Positions 38,194-51,565 are shown, counted from the stretch's first letter. The stretch: DNA of 64,000 nucleotides from Dicyema japonicum (GCA_011109175.1 RDEW01000033.1:186001-250000), one strand, 5' to 3'. Numbers and translations are program-made. Notes: generated from the letters alone by a model not told the origin.

Positions 38194-39166
38194 ATGTTTA
38201 ATTCTGACAACAAAAATCCATACTACAACTATGATCAGCCATTTTCTTCCCCAATGCCTCGAAAACCCATAGAAAACAACTCAATTTTCTACAAAAACAG
38301 AAGAGGTTGTATTTTCTTTTCAATGTTCAGTTTCCGAGACTATAAAGAAAGTCGACAAAGTCGTTGGGAATCTCAAGGAATGGTCAGAAGACTCGTTTAT
38401 GATTTCACGTCAATTTATAACGGAAACTGTTGGGAACGGAACCTTTACATTGGAAGAGAGTCTGTCAAAGTCAATAAACGACGTACGACAGCACCAAATC
38501 AACACAAGAAACTTATTCCAGTCGTTAAAGGGGTACAGCACAGCTTTGGTACATATGCAACAAAGTCAGGCTGAATTTCATAAGGTTTTGGTTTCGACGG
38601 AGGGATATGAGACAAAACTGTCCAGTATATTACGCACATGTTCTCAATACACTAATGAACTGGCTCATATTGTTTCCTCTCATTTTGGTAGTATTTGGTA
38701 TTCTTATTGTGTGCTAGATGAGCTCACGTTGATCCTCGATTCTCTGGACACATTGGGGGATAAGGTAATCCAGGACACAATCGTGACTATTCAGAAATTT
38801 GAGAAAAGCAGGTTTCGATGACGTCATCATTGATTAGACTGAGATTTGACGCATATAAGAATGAGTTGATAAATATCAAGGAAAAGAGAGGTGAAAGGAG
38901 TGATAAGATGAATAAACTAGTAGAGAAGACTGAAACATTTAAGAAGGATTTTGAGTCATTAAAGAATGATGTGATAACAAAGATTAAAATATTGGAAGAG
39001 AATAGAGTAGTGTTTTGTTTATTTTAAGATGGCTGTATTGGACAAGGCATTACGAGGATATTTTGGATCCCTTAGAAGATATTATGTTAAGTGTATGGCT
39101 GCCACTGAAAAGTCTAAATTGGCTGTTGAGGACACTCCTTTGTTGTCCCCTACCTTTCCTTTCTGA
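38194..39166 (+). CDS. ARFIP: Arfaptin (AH/BAR domain), 4 micro-introns
   Basis: Spliced translation gives LKEWSEDSFMISRQFITETVGNGT...KVIQDTIVTIQKFEKSRLRFDAYKNEL...LKNDVITKIKILEENR. Introns are 25, 30 (or 27), 26 and 22 nt; TGA at 39164. Confidence 0.88.
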
Positions 39167-39349
39167 TAGAATATATATTTAATAGTGGTGAATAATATTT
39201 GTCTTTGTTAGCAATATTCTATAGGTTGAGGATTCCCTTTGTTATACTACAATAGGCTATTCTGTTATACCATTTCACTCAAGAGGATCACATAAGGACT
39301 GTTTTCTTTCCCCTTATTCTGGATTAACATGTCAGGTTGATCCTATAAT

Positions 39350-39760
39350 TCCGAATCATACCGGGATATAGCTACTAACTTCAATATTATGACCAACCTT
39401 GACAGGATCCTCCGTTCAACGGCGCTATCTTCAACGTCCGGTTTGAGGAATACTCATACAAGCACACTGCTAGTCAGACTCGGAGGGTTTGGAATTCTCA
39501 GCTTTGTAGACAATTCTCTCCCTGCATACCTCTCGTCGCTAATAGCATGTAGTATCCTTGTCAAAAGGATTCTACTGACCAGGATGTCGGTCATCCACGT
39601 GAGACCTAAAGCCATACCTATCATCTATTAAATCGGGTCTGGACGTACGATACGCAAGTCATTTGAATATCTGCTGGTGTCATCTAACCAACATCTCCGT
39701 TTGTTGACGGGGACGTCTGCAGAGACAGGTGCCTGGCTCAGATCCATTCCAAAAGCCTTT
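39350..39760 (+). mobile_element. CRE-like retrotransposon fragment
   Basis: TLLVRLGGFGI...LPAYLSS and the TGAWL motif. Confidence 0.7.
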
Positions 39761-40159
39761 ACTGCCGCTGAGAGGTCAAAACGAGCATAGTACAAGGTCT
39801 TACCTTAGAATTTGTTTTTTTCCGCTCGCGTCTGGTTCCCTTGCATCCACGACTATGGAATTCGTCTAGGGAATCGGATTTCTACACTAACAAGAGATCC
39901 TTTGTTAAATACAAATGCAAAGCCCCTATTGGAATTTTATTATTAATGCTTTTAAGAATGCATAAACGACGTTCATTGATGGGTTTTTTATTATTTTTTC
40001 ATAAAGATTTGGGCATGTCACAGCATGGAAAGGCAATTGACTATGCTACAGTTTTGCCAGTGGTCATTAATAAATCTAAGAGCTATTTATACTGCTTAAA
40101 TTAGTGAAATTACCCACAACTCTATGTCTCGATATTTCGAAGGCTTTTGATAGTATTTT

Positions 40160-42900
40160 ATATTATAAACACGTATGCGATGCCAAGATCATGACAAAGC
40201 ATGTGCAACACGAAAACAATCTAATTAACATCGCTCATCTTTTTCGATCCATTGCCATGTTCCGTAGCATATCTAGATTATCCCCATCTTCAAGGCATTT
40301 TCCAATCCTCTGAGATCTTCATCTTGGATTACCGGCAGTGTTGTCCTCAGCTGGCCGCGGAAACGCGAAGTTTCTAAAATAAATACACCTCCGTTGATAT
40401 GTGGCAGAGGTCCCCATATCGTGGCGGAGTATGTGTCCAAACAGCCTTTATCTTGAATCAGTAATATCACATGATATTGGCTCAGTTCCTGTTCTCTTGT
40501 ATAAGATTTCGGACGGCATTTTGAAAAAGCACCGGGAAGAAAGGAGTGTCGGAGATGATTTCTGTGAAAAGAATTCAACTTTTCGAGTTCCTGTTCTGTA
40601 CATGCCCATGTACTGGCATTATATAATAAAATTGGCCTCACTAGGGCATTGTATAGTCTCATTAGAGTTTTAGAGTCAAGCCCTTTGTGTAAAACGCTCA
40701 AGTCTTCTTCATTATGTTAAAAGCGACATTAGTTAGTGTCTTCTTTCGTGTTATATCTTCGGAGTCACCGAGAAGAGATCCTAGTTTTTTGATCTACGCC
40801 AGTGCTCCTCGGTCCTTTCCTCACTTTTTTTAGCTCCGTGATTTCGGTTTTGTTGTGTTTACTTTAATAACCACTCAGCCATTTTATCAGCATTTTCTCC
40901 AAAAGTGCAATTAACTCTTCTTTGTTATTCGAAATAAAGTCTACGTCATCCACATATGCTATTATACTCGTTCCTTCTCCGATATGAAGCTTCAAGTCTC
41001 GTAGAGCTGCCTCCAGATAAATAATAAACAAAATCGGGGATAATGAATCTCCTTGAGGAATACCAATTGTCGTTTCAAATGTCTCGATAAAGCTTTCCCA
41101 GTCCTGACCATCAAACTGTGTCCGTGAGTGTCCTCCATCCTAATCGTTGAGCCCTCCAAGAAGTGCTCCAGTATATGCAGCAGCTTGTTCCTGTTGACGG
41201 AATCAAAGGCCTTTGACATATCAATCCACAGAATGGTTGTCGTTATTTAAATTTTTGAACAGTCGCACTTTTTTATTTGTGGCTCCAAGTAACATCTGAC
41301 GTTGATCTCCCTTTGCGGAAGCCACTTTGATAAGTCGACAGGTACGAGTCTAGGCGTCCCTCCATTCTTTGAAGCGTAATATATCTTCTGCAATGTGTTG
41401 GCTAATGCCACTGGTCTTAGGTTCTCAACTTTCCCCGTTTTTTTGTTTGGCTTCTGTATTGGTATCAATAGTCCTTCTCCAAGTGGCAAGGTGTCTCCTT
41501 TACTGTACGTTTCGTTTAGAATCGAGGAAATTATCTTGTATAGTTTTTGCGTTCATATTTGAAAAATTCACCATTTAAGCAATCTGGACCGGGACTCTTA
41601 TTGTCTTTCAGTTTGAAACTTGCTGTCATCACTTCTTCCAAAGTTATTTTTCGTCTAATTTTCCCTGATCCGTGTTAATTGTGAGTTTTTTGCTATTTTT
41701 TGATACGAATTGTGCTTCAAAATAGTCCGCTATAAGTTTTGCAACTTCTTGTTGGTTAGCAATATGTTTTCCTTCATCATAAAACATCGCATTTTTAAAG
41801 CCTTAGATTTTCTCTATTTTTGTTTCGTTCTTTAATATCCGACGTGAAGCTTTTTTATTGATGACTGTTCTTTCCTTTTGTAGCCGCTGTTTCGTGTTTT
41901 TGTCATCTGTATTTAGACATTGTATCCATATCGCCTTTTGTTGATTAGCAAGGAGTTTCAAAGCGGTTATTTCTTCAGTGGGTGTATTAGTTACGTAGTC
42001 CTCTTTTAGATATATATCCGCAGCAATCATGATCTTCTGTTTGACCAAGGTCCACGCAATTTGCGGTGCCAAATCTACTAATTTTCTTCCAACTCCCATC
42101 CAAGTATTTTCTGAATTCCTCTCCCTGGATAGTATTGTTCTTTAGATGGTCTAAAACGTATCCCTTCCCCCGCAGTTCCGTGTGTCCATTGCACTTTCTT
42201 TTCATCCCTTGCAAACCCATAAGTTTCTTTATGGACATTTTGTCAATAACCATCTTGTGATCGCTGTCAATTATAGACCCTCTATAAGCACGTGCATCAG
42301 TGACAATTCTGCGGTCTTTTTGTCTGCAAATAATGTAGTCTATTTGATTGTAGATTTTCGCAATGCTCCCGTCAGATTTCGTTCTATTGCCTGACCAAGT
42401 TGTCCTGTGTCTTGCAGAGTGCATAAAGGTCGTGTTACAAAGGAATAAGTTATTTGCTTGACAAAAGTTGGCCATTAATGTGGAATAAACATCAGATAGA
42501 ATCGCATAAAAGTCGTCAATCTCCTCAGGTTTCTTATTGATCCATCAACTATGTGGAGCATATGCGTTAATAATAGTAAGATAACTCTTCGGAGAGTTAT
42601 GATCGTCTAATGTTATTTGTAAAGTCCCAATCCTTTCATTGATAGTCCAATAACGGTATATGCGCTAAACTAGGTCCTTTCTTACAGCGAATCCTAATCC
42701 GTAATGTTTTGATCCCCCAGAGAGAAGATTAACTTAAACTTTCCAAACTCTTCGATATTTATGTCTCTTGTGACATCCGATTGATATCTAATATTTTGAA
42801 AGGTCTTGACAAAATTCTTTTCCATGGACTAGAGAGTCCTCTGACATTGAACGTTAAAAGAGATTGCAATTTTCGTGATTTTCAGACATAACTATAAAGA
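40160..42900 (-). mobile_element. RTE-like LINE, near full length, decayed (APE + RT)
   Basis: NQIDYIIC, SDHKMV, ENLRPVAL, DMSKAFDSV, QGDSLSP and RPILLYNASTW. Confidence 0.88.
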
Positions 42901-43005
42901 AGGACGTCAACATAAAAATATTTGGTCCTTTACGTGGTTTATGAATGTAAAGTATTTATTGAATAGTAAAGACAAAAGATTATATATTAATAAAAAGTAA
43001 ATGAT

Positions 43006-46000
43006 TCAGGAAAACAGTTTATTTAAATCTGGATTCTTATCATTCTTAACAATTTTCCGTTTATGTTTGAAGGCAGTCCCAGACTTGAGGGCCTCCACTA
43101 AATTATCCATAATCCCCTCCTCATATTTGCTTATAAAATATAAATAAAGATTACTTGAACTTCTTATTAACCTTATAACTATCCTTCGCCAATGTTCTCT
43201 TTTTATTTTCAATTTCTCTCTTATTGAGAATATCCTCGTGTGCATCCTACAATAAACGTAATAATAACCATAATTTGCTGACAAAACTTTGATATTGCCT
43301 CAAATATTTGACTAGTGGCAACTGTTTTGGGGGATAAAGAGAAGTACTTAATAAGAGAGAGTGAAGATTCTTCCATCTTTGTATTCATTGTCACTAATAG
43401 AGTTTGTTGAGGATATATTCTGTCAAAAAACTCTTGAAAAACAGGCACAAATCTGTCATGCTCACCCTGATTCTCATAGTTTGGAATTAGTTTCTCTAAT
43501 CTAATAATATTCTTTTCATAATAAGCCAGTGAATTCCTTATAATATCAGGACATACTAAACACGTGACCAATCAAACTACCAGAGGCTGCCTTTTTAAGT
43601 GACGTAAAATCTCTGTGGAAAGTAAGACTCTTTGGTGACTTCTTTTCAATAGTTTCCAACAGAAAATGTAAGAAAGAGAGAGAACCATCAGCAGACTTTG
43701 TATCAATCAACTATGAATAATATAAAACCAAACACGTGGGAGAATCAATATATCAAATCCATATGTTTCCGAATTCCTAGTATTAATGTTGAGAATATTT
43801 CCAATGAGTAATATTAACTCAATAACAGTGGCAAAGTTATGACTTGTAATAATTTGATTGCATGCCTCAGTCACACTAGCTATTGATGACATGTTGTCCT
43901 GCAGAGTCTCATTATAGTGAAGCATAAATAACATTAATTCGGCACGTGTCCTCAGTCCTTTTATTTGAGATAACTAAACTATTATAAAACATCACCTTAA
44001 CGAGATATTTCTCACAGTCAGCCAAATTGTCATACTCATTTGTTAACTCATCAAGTCTGCTAAGAGTGCTGTCATCAGGGAGTGCTTTGAGAAGCTGTTC
44101 CAATGTGGCTGATTGGATTTTGTTTATGTTAACAGCCAAAAACTCATTCTTCAGTTCATCGGGACTCATTTTGAGATTAGCAATGAGAATAGCTAATAAT
44201 AAACAGAAATATACATATTCCTTGTGATGTGTTACTGTCAATTACTCTCAATTCCTTTACTTTCCGTTTTAACAAATCCATGCAATTATCCCCAGATATT
44301 TCTGTTATATTAGTAATGAAATACTTTCTATATGATTATGCTTTAAGGCAAAAAAGTTTTCCACTGATTTCTTAAAGAGAGAGTCGTAAAAACGGTCCTC
44401 ATTTGATTTCACCCAAAAACTATTCTCATTAAATATCTCAGGTTTTATCTAAATTATTATTTAAAATACTTTATTCCAATTTAGTCGTTTAGTATTAGTT
44501 TCTGTCTCTAAAATACGTTTCTTTCTCATTCCAAAAGGCAACTCCTTAGGTTCCACTTTGACTGCGACTGTTTTAAGTCCCATTGGTGGTGGAGGGACCA
44601 TTCCATTAAATGGAGGAGGATTTTTACCAATATTTAGTGGTGGGTGTAATTTGTTTAGTAATAGTGGAGGGGGTGGAACAATACCACCTGTCCTAGGAGG
44701 TTGTATCTTGGGAATTAATGGTGGGGGAGGTTTAGGGACAGAATTTGTTGGTTCTGATGAGGATTTTATGTCAACTTTTATATTTTTTGATGAATTCGAG
44801 TGAAAACTTAAATTGGCATTCCCATTTGATAATTCGTTGAGTTTAGTCATTAACAACAAGTTTTTGGACTCAGCCTCCATTTTGGCAGAGAGTGCATTAC
44901 TAAGTTTATTTTCAAACTCTTCTTTGATAGTCTCTATTGATTTGTCTTTCTTCTTCATTTGTGAGTCAAAGTTGGCTACAATTATATAATTGGGATACAT
45001 GTTATTTGGCAAACATCAAAATTTAGCAGTTTATAATCAGGGTCAGGGTCAACTCCCCCCTTCTGAATGATAGCTTGTCCAATAAGGGACTCCACTAATC
45101 CAAAGTAGCCAAGTCTCTATTAATAGAAAAACCACCTTGTGTAATGATCATCCCTAACAAATAGTAAATGTTGTAGTATTGATATTAAATATGACTCTGA
45201 CGGACCATTGACTACCATTCCCCTCAAAAGTGCCCAGCAGTCGTCCAAATTACTTATAAATATAGTAATTATACTTAAAATTATCAGTAAACTGGTGGAA
45301 TCTGTTCTTTAATTCATCAATATCATCATTAAACTGGTTTTTGAATATTTTAAACTGAGAATTCACATTATCAGCATTATATTTACTCAGTGACTATATA
45401 ATCAAACATATATTACATTATAAATCTCAGCAAGTCCGGACCTCATAAACTCACAACGGAGATGTTGTCTCAGTTCAATGTCTTCAGGAGTGCTGACAAT
45501 AGCATTCATTAACTGAAGACACATTTCCTGCACATTGTATGGGTACGATTCTCTCATTCCCTCAACAACATCAACAAATCGGTGAGGCAGTTTCTTTTGC
45601 TTCCTTAGAAGAGTGAATCCTTCCAACACCTTCTCGTGTCTTAAAGTTAGTTAAATAAAAACCCTCCAGGATATATGCATATGGCAGCCAGGATTTGCAG
45701 TAAATCAACCAAAAGGGAAGGGTTCTTAATAGAAATACATCGAGTCAAGTAAAGCATAAGGTCTTCTACTTTGAAAGCCTCTTGCATTCCATACTAAATG
45801 GTTATTAACATTGTTACTGTTGAGTTGATGAAACATCCAATACAGAGGATCGCTTCGTGGAGGGCATCCACATGTTCCGTGTTGGTGGCTACATTGAGAT
45901 ACTTTAACAGTAATTTTAGGTTTCCCAATAAAACAATTAGACCATCTTTCCCAAAGGATTTAATCCACCTGGTTAATGAAGGAAATGGAAATACTGTAAG

Positions 46001-46408
46001 GTTTCTGACCGAAGGTGGACTCTGACAGACCTAAGAAGACTAATTCGCCGTAGTGGTTTGAGGTCAAGGTTTTTAAGGGAGTTGACGTAATCCATAGCAT
46101 TTGATGTTTTAATCTAAGAAAATGGTAAATTGACCACAAATCTTACATTCGCTTTTCTACGGTAATTCATTTCAAGAATTTGCTTCTTTTGAACAATTGG
46201 CTGTTGTCTTAGGGCATTCTTTTTCTCATCAGTCAAATTCATGTCATCCTAAGGCATACACATGGAAAATTACTATAAGGAGCTCGAAAGATTTAATCAT
46301 TTCTTCTTCGCTCATTTCATTCACATTAGGGATATCATTGGAGACGGCCGAAAGTTTAGATGCCTTGTGATGTAAAGATTCGGAAATTTTGCTCCAAAAA
46401 TTAGGCAT
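43006..46408 (-). CDS. DIAPH: Diaphanous-related formin (GBD/FH3-FH1-FH2-DAD), many micro-introns
   Basis: DDMNLTDEKK, RQHLRCEFMRSGL, a polyproline FH1 (44560-44730), FH2 motifs (KRLNWNK, LILLIGNILN) and DAD GIMDNLVEALKSGTAF. Confidence 0.93.
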
Positions 46409-46589
46409 TTGCAGTTATTACTGGATTATAAATATTATTTACTTTTATACCACTTAAAACAGACGTAAACGATAATATTACCCGCTATATTTGATACGAT
46501 TAAATTTTATTTAGTTGATTTTAAATATTATAAATATTCTAATAAAATTATATAGAAATAATTGATTAAAATTTTACCGCATATTGTTT

Positions 46590-46850
46590 TAAACTAAATT
46601 TATTGAACCAGAAAACCACCGTCATAGCCAAAATTCAAGTGATCCCGACCTTTCTCACCAGTCTTCGCATGCTCTGAATCCTCTGATGGTTGTTGACTAA
46701 TGGCCCTTTTTGCATATAATTTAGGATTATATCTGGCGCCACCAAAGATGGTGAACCACACGACGCAAGCTAACAATTCAATCTCCCTGTAGCAAAAAGG
46801 GAATAGGCTAACGTTATATAATGTGGAAACCATTTATCACAAAAGTAGTC
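46590..46850 (-). mobile_element. Short 3' end of an Ingi/Vingi-like LINE
   Basis: EIELLACVVW resembles the LEYACSAW motif; it ends in the shared GGGATCACT...GGTGGTTTT stem followed by AATAAA. Confidence 0.7.
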
Positions 46851-47329
46851 ATTCAAAAAAGATGTCAAAAACTGTAGACTAATGACAAATCTTCTAAATA
46901 ACAATAGACGACAAAACAATTAATTAATATAAATTGACAAATATTTTATTGATTTTCTGTAAAAGCTGTCATTAATTAACACTTATTGAAAGTGAAATAA
47001 ATATGATAATTGTCCAGATTCTAACATTAATCTGGGAATTGTAAACTCAAATATACTTAAACGCGCAAATATTTATTCCGAACTCTTGACTGTATTATGG
47101 AGGACTGGAACATTTATAATATAACCATTTGTTTGCATTATTAAATGTCTTTGTGGTGCATTAACAATTACTAAGCACTCTTGGGTGTTGTCAAAAAGAA
47201 TTAAATTACTTTGAAACAAAATACAAGTGTCCTTGTGTATTAAAAATAAGAGATTAAAGATGAATGACTTTTATAAACTTTTATTTGATTTTTAAACTAA
47301 AAGACACTTCCAGTCGTCTCCACAAAATA

Positions 47330-47940
47330 TAATCTAATGTGCAAAAATGGCGGTGATCAACGCCATAAGCTAGAATTAACTGCTTGCCCGGCCTCGAGTC
47401 AATGGATGAAAAACAACGGACGATTTTTATGCTCTTCTCTCCTGGTTTTTGGCTACTGGAGAGGAATGAGTAGAATCAAACTCTCCCGCCAGACCTTGAC
47501 TTTCTCTTGTGGAGTCAGGTTCCATCTGCCATAGCTATCCTCCAACAAACCTAATAAACGTGGAGTGCAAATTCTACATGATATGGAGATGAATAATCCT
47601 GTTCTGCATAGCCGTTGTTTTCTACGTTTAAATCATTCTAATACTTTTTCGGATATCTCCTGTTCTCAAAGTATCGCTTTCCTCGCTCAATGGGATGTTT
47701 TTTTATGATCTCCCAAATGATCACAACCCGATTTTAATTACCTTCAACCATCAAACTACGAAAAGAAGATCACGAAAACGTATATAAACTATAAACGTGG
47801 AAAGTGAGATTCTTACAGAAACGAGACCGAAAATCTACTCAAAGACATTTCTTGTGCTTCTTTCCGCTCGTTTGATGCTGTCGAGTTCTTCACAAACTGT
47901 CTAATTGCTGCGGAAAAAAATATCCTGAGAATTATATATG
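47330..47940 (+). mobile_element. Decayed Ingi/Vingi-like APE fragment
   Basis: WDVFYDLPNDHNPILIT endonuclease terminus near 47690-47745. Confidence 0.55.
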
Positions 47941-47949
47941 ACCTCCAGT

Positions 47950-49440
47950 AAAACCATAATCCAATCCGTCTGTCAATCGAACTACTCTCGCCTATTGTTC
48001 AGACTTTTGGCAGATAATGTAGTCGATTTGATTGCATATATTCACAGACTCCCCAGCAGAGTTTTTTCTTTGTCCGTGCCATGTCGTCTTGTGGTAAGCT
48101 GAGAGCGTGAAGGCCGTGTTGCACAGGAATAGGCTATTTGCCTCGCAGAAGTTCACCAGAGAGGCTCCAGATGCATTTCTCCTTCCGCGCCCATGTCTTC
48201 CAATAGAGGTTTCTTCGGTCCCATTCGCGTCCCGGACAAGGATGCATTATGATAGTATGTGATTGATAGTTCTGAGTAGAATTCCAGGGTTCTTGATTAC
48301 TCGTCCGCAGTGTGGTGCATAGACATTTATGACAGTTAATAGACTCTTGGACGGGCATAGTTCATTTAGTTTGACTTGTAGGACACATATTTGGTCGTTG
48401 ACTCTCCAATAGCGATGTAGTTTTTTGAGGTAATCACGTGTAAGGCAAATCCCATGCCGTAGTGCTTGCATTCAGTCGGGAAGAAAATCAGTCGGTAGTT
48501 GTTCCATGTCTCATCGCATCCATTTTCGATTTTCGTCTCTTGTAGGCAGCCAATAGATATTTTGTATTTCTCGAAATTGTCACAAAGTACTTTCCTTGTC
48601 CAATCTTTCGATATTCCACGTACGTTGAACGTTATTAGCCTGAGTTCTCGATTGTATAATGAGTGTTTTCAGACATTTTTCTCAACTGTTATCCAATTAA
48701 GAAACGAGGCACGTCACCACCTCACCAAAAAATACATTTGATATTATTATTATTAAAAGCACTCCCGAGAAAAAATAAATTAGTTAAGTTTCCCTTGTGC
48801 CGTATTCATAATCATCCTCTCCGTCAACCTCGACCATGATCCTCTGTTGCGCGATTGTTCTCTTAGGTAGTCCAGGTCGTCCGCCGAAGTAAGTCTCATA
48901 CCAACGGCCGATAGGTCTTCGTTCAAGATAGTCAAAAGTGTCGTTCTTGGCCTTCCGAGAAATCCGACTCCTGTGTGTGCAAAGTAGTTATCCATTGCGA
49001 CATTTGCGGGGAACTGGTCATTTAAGCATAACACGTGGCCAAAGATACTTCATTTTGATTTGAAAATATCATCTGACAGCACACCGAAATTGCATTTATT
49101 ATAAAGGTTTGCATTAGAGGTCTTCATAGACCAGTTGATACTGATTACCGATTTGAGCTGAGCTCTGTGGAAAGAGTCAAGACGGTCCATTTCCCGTTTA
49201 GAGATTTCCCAAATCCCAGAGTTGAGGTTAGTACTGGGATGACAAAAGCTTTGTATATTCTAAGCCTGGTGTTTAGTCCTATCCTCTTCTTGTGACTAGG
49301 TCGCATACCAGTTGGCGTCTCTTGTGAGGTTGTTTAAGTCCTCTGCAATTGAAAGTTTCCAGAGTGAACGGAGAAGTCGGTAAAGAATACGAATAAGACA
49401 TAATGCAATAGAGATGTCGTCACCACCTCAACCAAACGGA
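47950..49440 (-). mobile_element. Two RTE-like LINE fragments (5'/APE part 47950-48730; 3' part with (TAA)n tail 48750-49360)
   Basis: VINVYAP and NQIDYI in the first fragment; GRPRTTLLTILNEDL and the tail ATTATTATT at 48743-48755 in the second. Confidence 0.8.
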
Positions 49441-49540
49441 ATGAACAGGTAACCAAAAGGTCTTCTTATTGGGTCAGACTTTAACTTCTTATATCCCTTA
49501 ATTAATAAAATAATTATTAATTAAATTTAAATTAGTTGTG

Positions 49541-50618
49541 ATGCAAGTAGTTGATACCTCCACAAGAAGGAAAGCTTATGAATTCATAGAATTAATATCA
49601 CAGAAAACAGGACTTCCTTCTAGTGCTGGTGAGGTTGAGGAGTCTATTTTCCGTAGAAGTTCCTCTCGGTAAGTTTTAATTAGCAACTTCAAGAGAGACC
49701 TACGAAATGGAGTTCAAGTTCTATAAATACTGTCTGTCGAAGGAATTGAAGTCCCTTAAAAATGTTCATGCCACCAAATTTGCAGAAAAAATCGGTAATG
49801 AACATAATTATTTTGCTCAGATGCCCAAACCATATTTTCCATTATTCAAATAATCTCAGAAAGTCCTCTTAAACGTTACAATGATTCTGCCACGTGCTGG
49901 CAAAGACTTCGTTCATTCCTTTCCATAATTTCCTTATTAATCAAAATTTTTGTAATTTTATTACTTTATTAAGCAATTTGGAAACCTCGATCATCTACAG
50001 AGACTTCAACAACTTCAAACAGCACTGGAGACTCAGGAGATATGTCCTTACAACTATGAAGGTGTTTCTAGATTGGAAAATTTTGTACTGACTCTTATTC
50101 AAAATAACAGAAATCAAATAACACAAATGTTAGCTCATGAGTGGGATCTTCCTTGTCACATGTCCAATATGTCCCCCAAAGAGGTTGAGGATCACGTTTT
50201 GCCTCGTCACTCTTATGACTTTCTCGAATCTCTACTGAATGTTTGTTTTACAGAATCCGCGGAATCGTTTTTTTACGGTTATAAAGAGAAGGAGGAAGAA
50301 ATGCATAAAGATCACACTTCACAAAACGATCAGGAAATATGTGCTCTGGCCATCAAACAAGAAATTAAGCATTTTTCATCAAAGTGGGAGTTCATAGTCA
50401 AACAAGTGCCTGGAAGACATATTTTGTTGAAATGCAGATCATTGGAAATTGTGGCTCCTGCACTAGATGTGGTTGTTCCTTTATCCTACCCACGTGACTC
50501 TGCATATATTGTGAACTGTGATATTATTAAACCGTATTTAGTAATGTCAATACGATCTGTTGGTCAATGTCTTGAGTGTTATATTCAATCTCTAAAACAA
50601 CCTATTAATGACTTTTAG
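49541..50618 (+). CDS. MED15: Mediator subunit 15-like, highly reduced, 3 micro-introns
   Basis: KIX-like STRRKAYEFIELISQKTGLPSSAGEVEESIFRRSSSRETYEM; C-terminal EIKHFSSKWEF...ILLKCRSLEIVAPALDVVVPLSYP. Introns are 25, 26 and 22 nt. Confidence 0.72.
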
Positions 50619-50699
50619 GTCATTTTACATTCTGTTATATATGTTTTTATTAATTTAATTACTATTTCAAATACATAACTATTCATTGAAAAACGGTAT

Positions 50700-51110
50700 A
50701 TGAGGTCCTACAACTGCATCCTATAAATACCATAGGTTAAAAAAGTCTAGTGATCTTTTCGATGGCAAAAAATTAGGTAAGTTGTCCGACAGGGTCTCTC
50801 TTCTCGACTCGGAAGAATGGTATTTGATATTAATTAGAGCCTATAGGACAGAAATATTGGGACATCTTTCCATACCATATTCTATAATAGAATCCCTCTT
50901 TATAAGATGTCCAACTTTACAATAACACGTACGAGACCATTTTGAGAGCTCTTTCTTTTGAAAATCCCTCCTGAATGGGTTCCGATTTCGCAGTTTGGGT
51001 ATTCTATAATAAAACCTACTATTGCAATATGATTGTTCCCATTGTAGATTACCTCCCATTGCTAATACGAATGGTCTATGAATGATTATTCTGTAATTAT
51101 TAAACAATTT
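50700..51110 (-). mobile_element. Decayed LINE 3' end
   Basis: KLRNRNPF segment similar to the other Vingi-like C-termini in the window; degenerate terminal stem. Confidence 0.5.
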
Positions 51111-51289
51111 GGTTATTTAAAGTAGGGGTTATTACTTTGAGAGGGTTTGGTCTTTACAACATTAAAATTGATGACAGGAAGTAATAAAATAAATAGAGGA
51201 AAGTATGGTAATTATGATAATCTTTTAGAGTCGTTTATGAAAAAATCGATTGTTTGACATTTAAATAAATTCACGATAATAAGTATTAC

Positions 51290-51565
51290 ATGTTGACATT
51301 GGATGAAATATTGAGTGGGAATAAGGAGAATATTCAACCTAATACAAAGTCACATTTAACAAATAAATTGGAAATCAAGGTATACGTTATATTTACCAAG
51401 GGAATGGACATTCAGTGTCCTTTGTGTAGAAGATTAAAATTTGTACCTCATCAATACAGAATGGTTAAATGTTACCACTGTAAACACAGGTTCTGTAAAT
51501 TATGTAAAGCTTCGTCCCACACTTTCCGTCCATGTCAGGCAAAAAAACATAAAATAATACTGTGA
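51290..51565 (+). CDS. Small stand-alone IBR (C6HC) zinc-finger protein
   Basis: CPLC-x13-CYHC-x4-CKLC-x4-H-x4-C spacing; probable in-frame 21-nt intron at 51380-51400. Confidence 0.65.
   Translation: MLTLDEILSGNKENIQPNTKSHLTNKLEIKVYVIFTKGMDIQCPLCRRLKFVPHQYRMVKCYHCKHRFCKLCKASSHTFRPCQAKKHKIIL

Noticed and set aside
46600-46833. Small host gene (77 aa ORF)
   Set aside because: It matches the C-terminal motif and 3' stem of Vingi-like LINEs.
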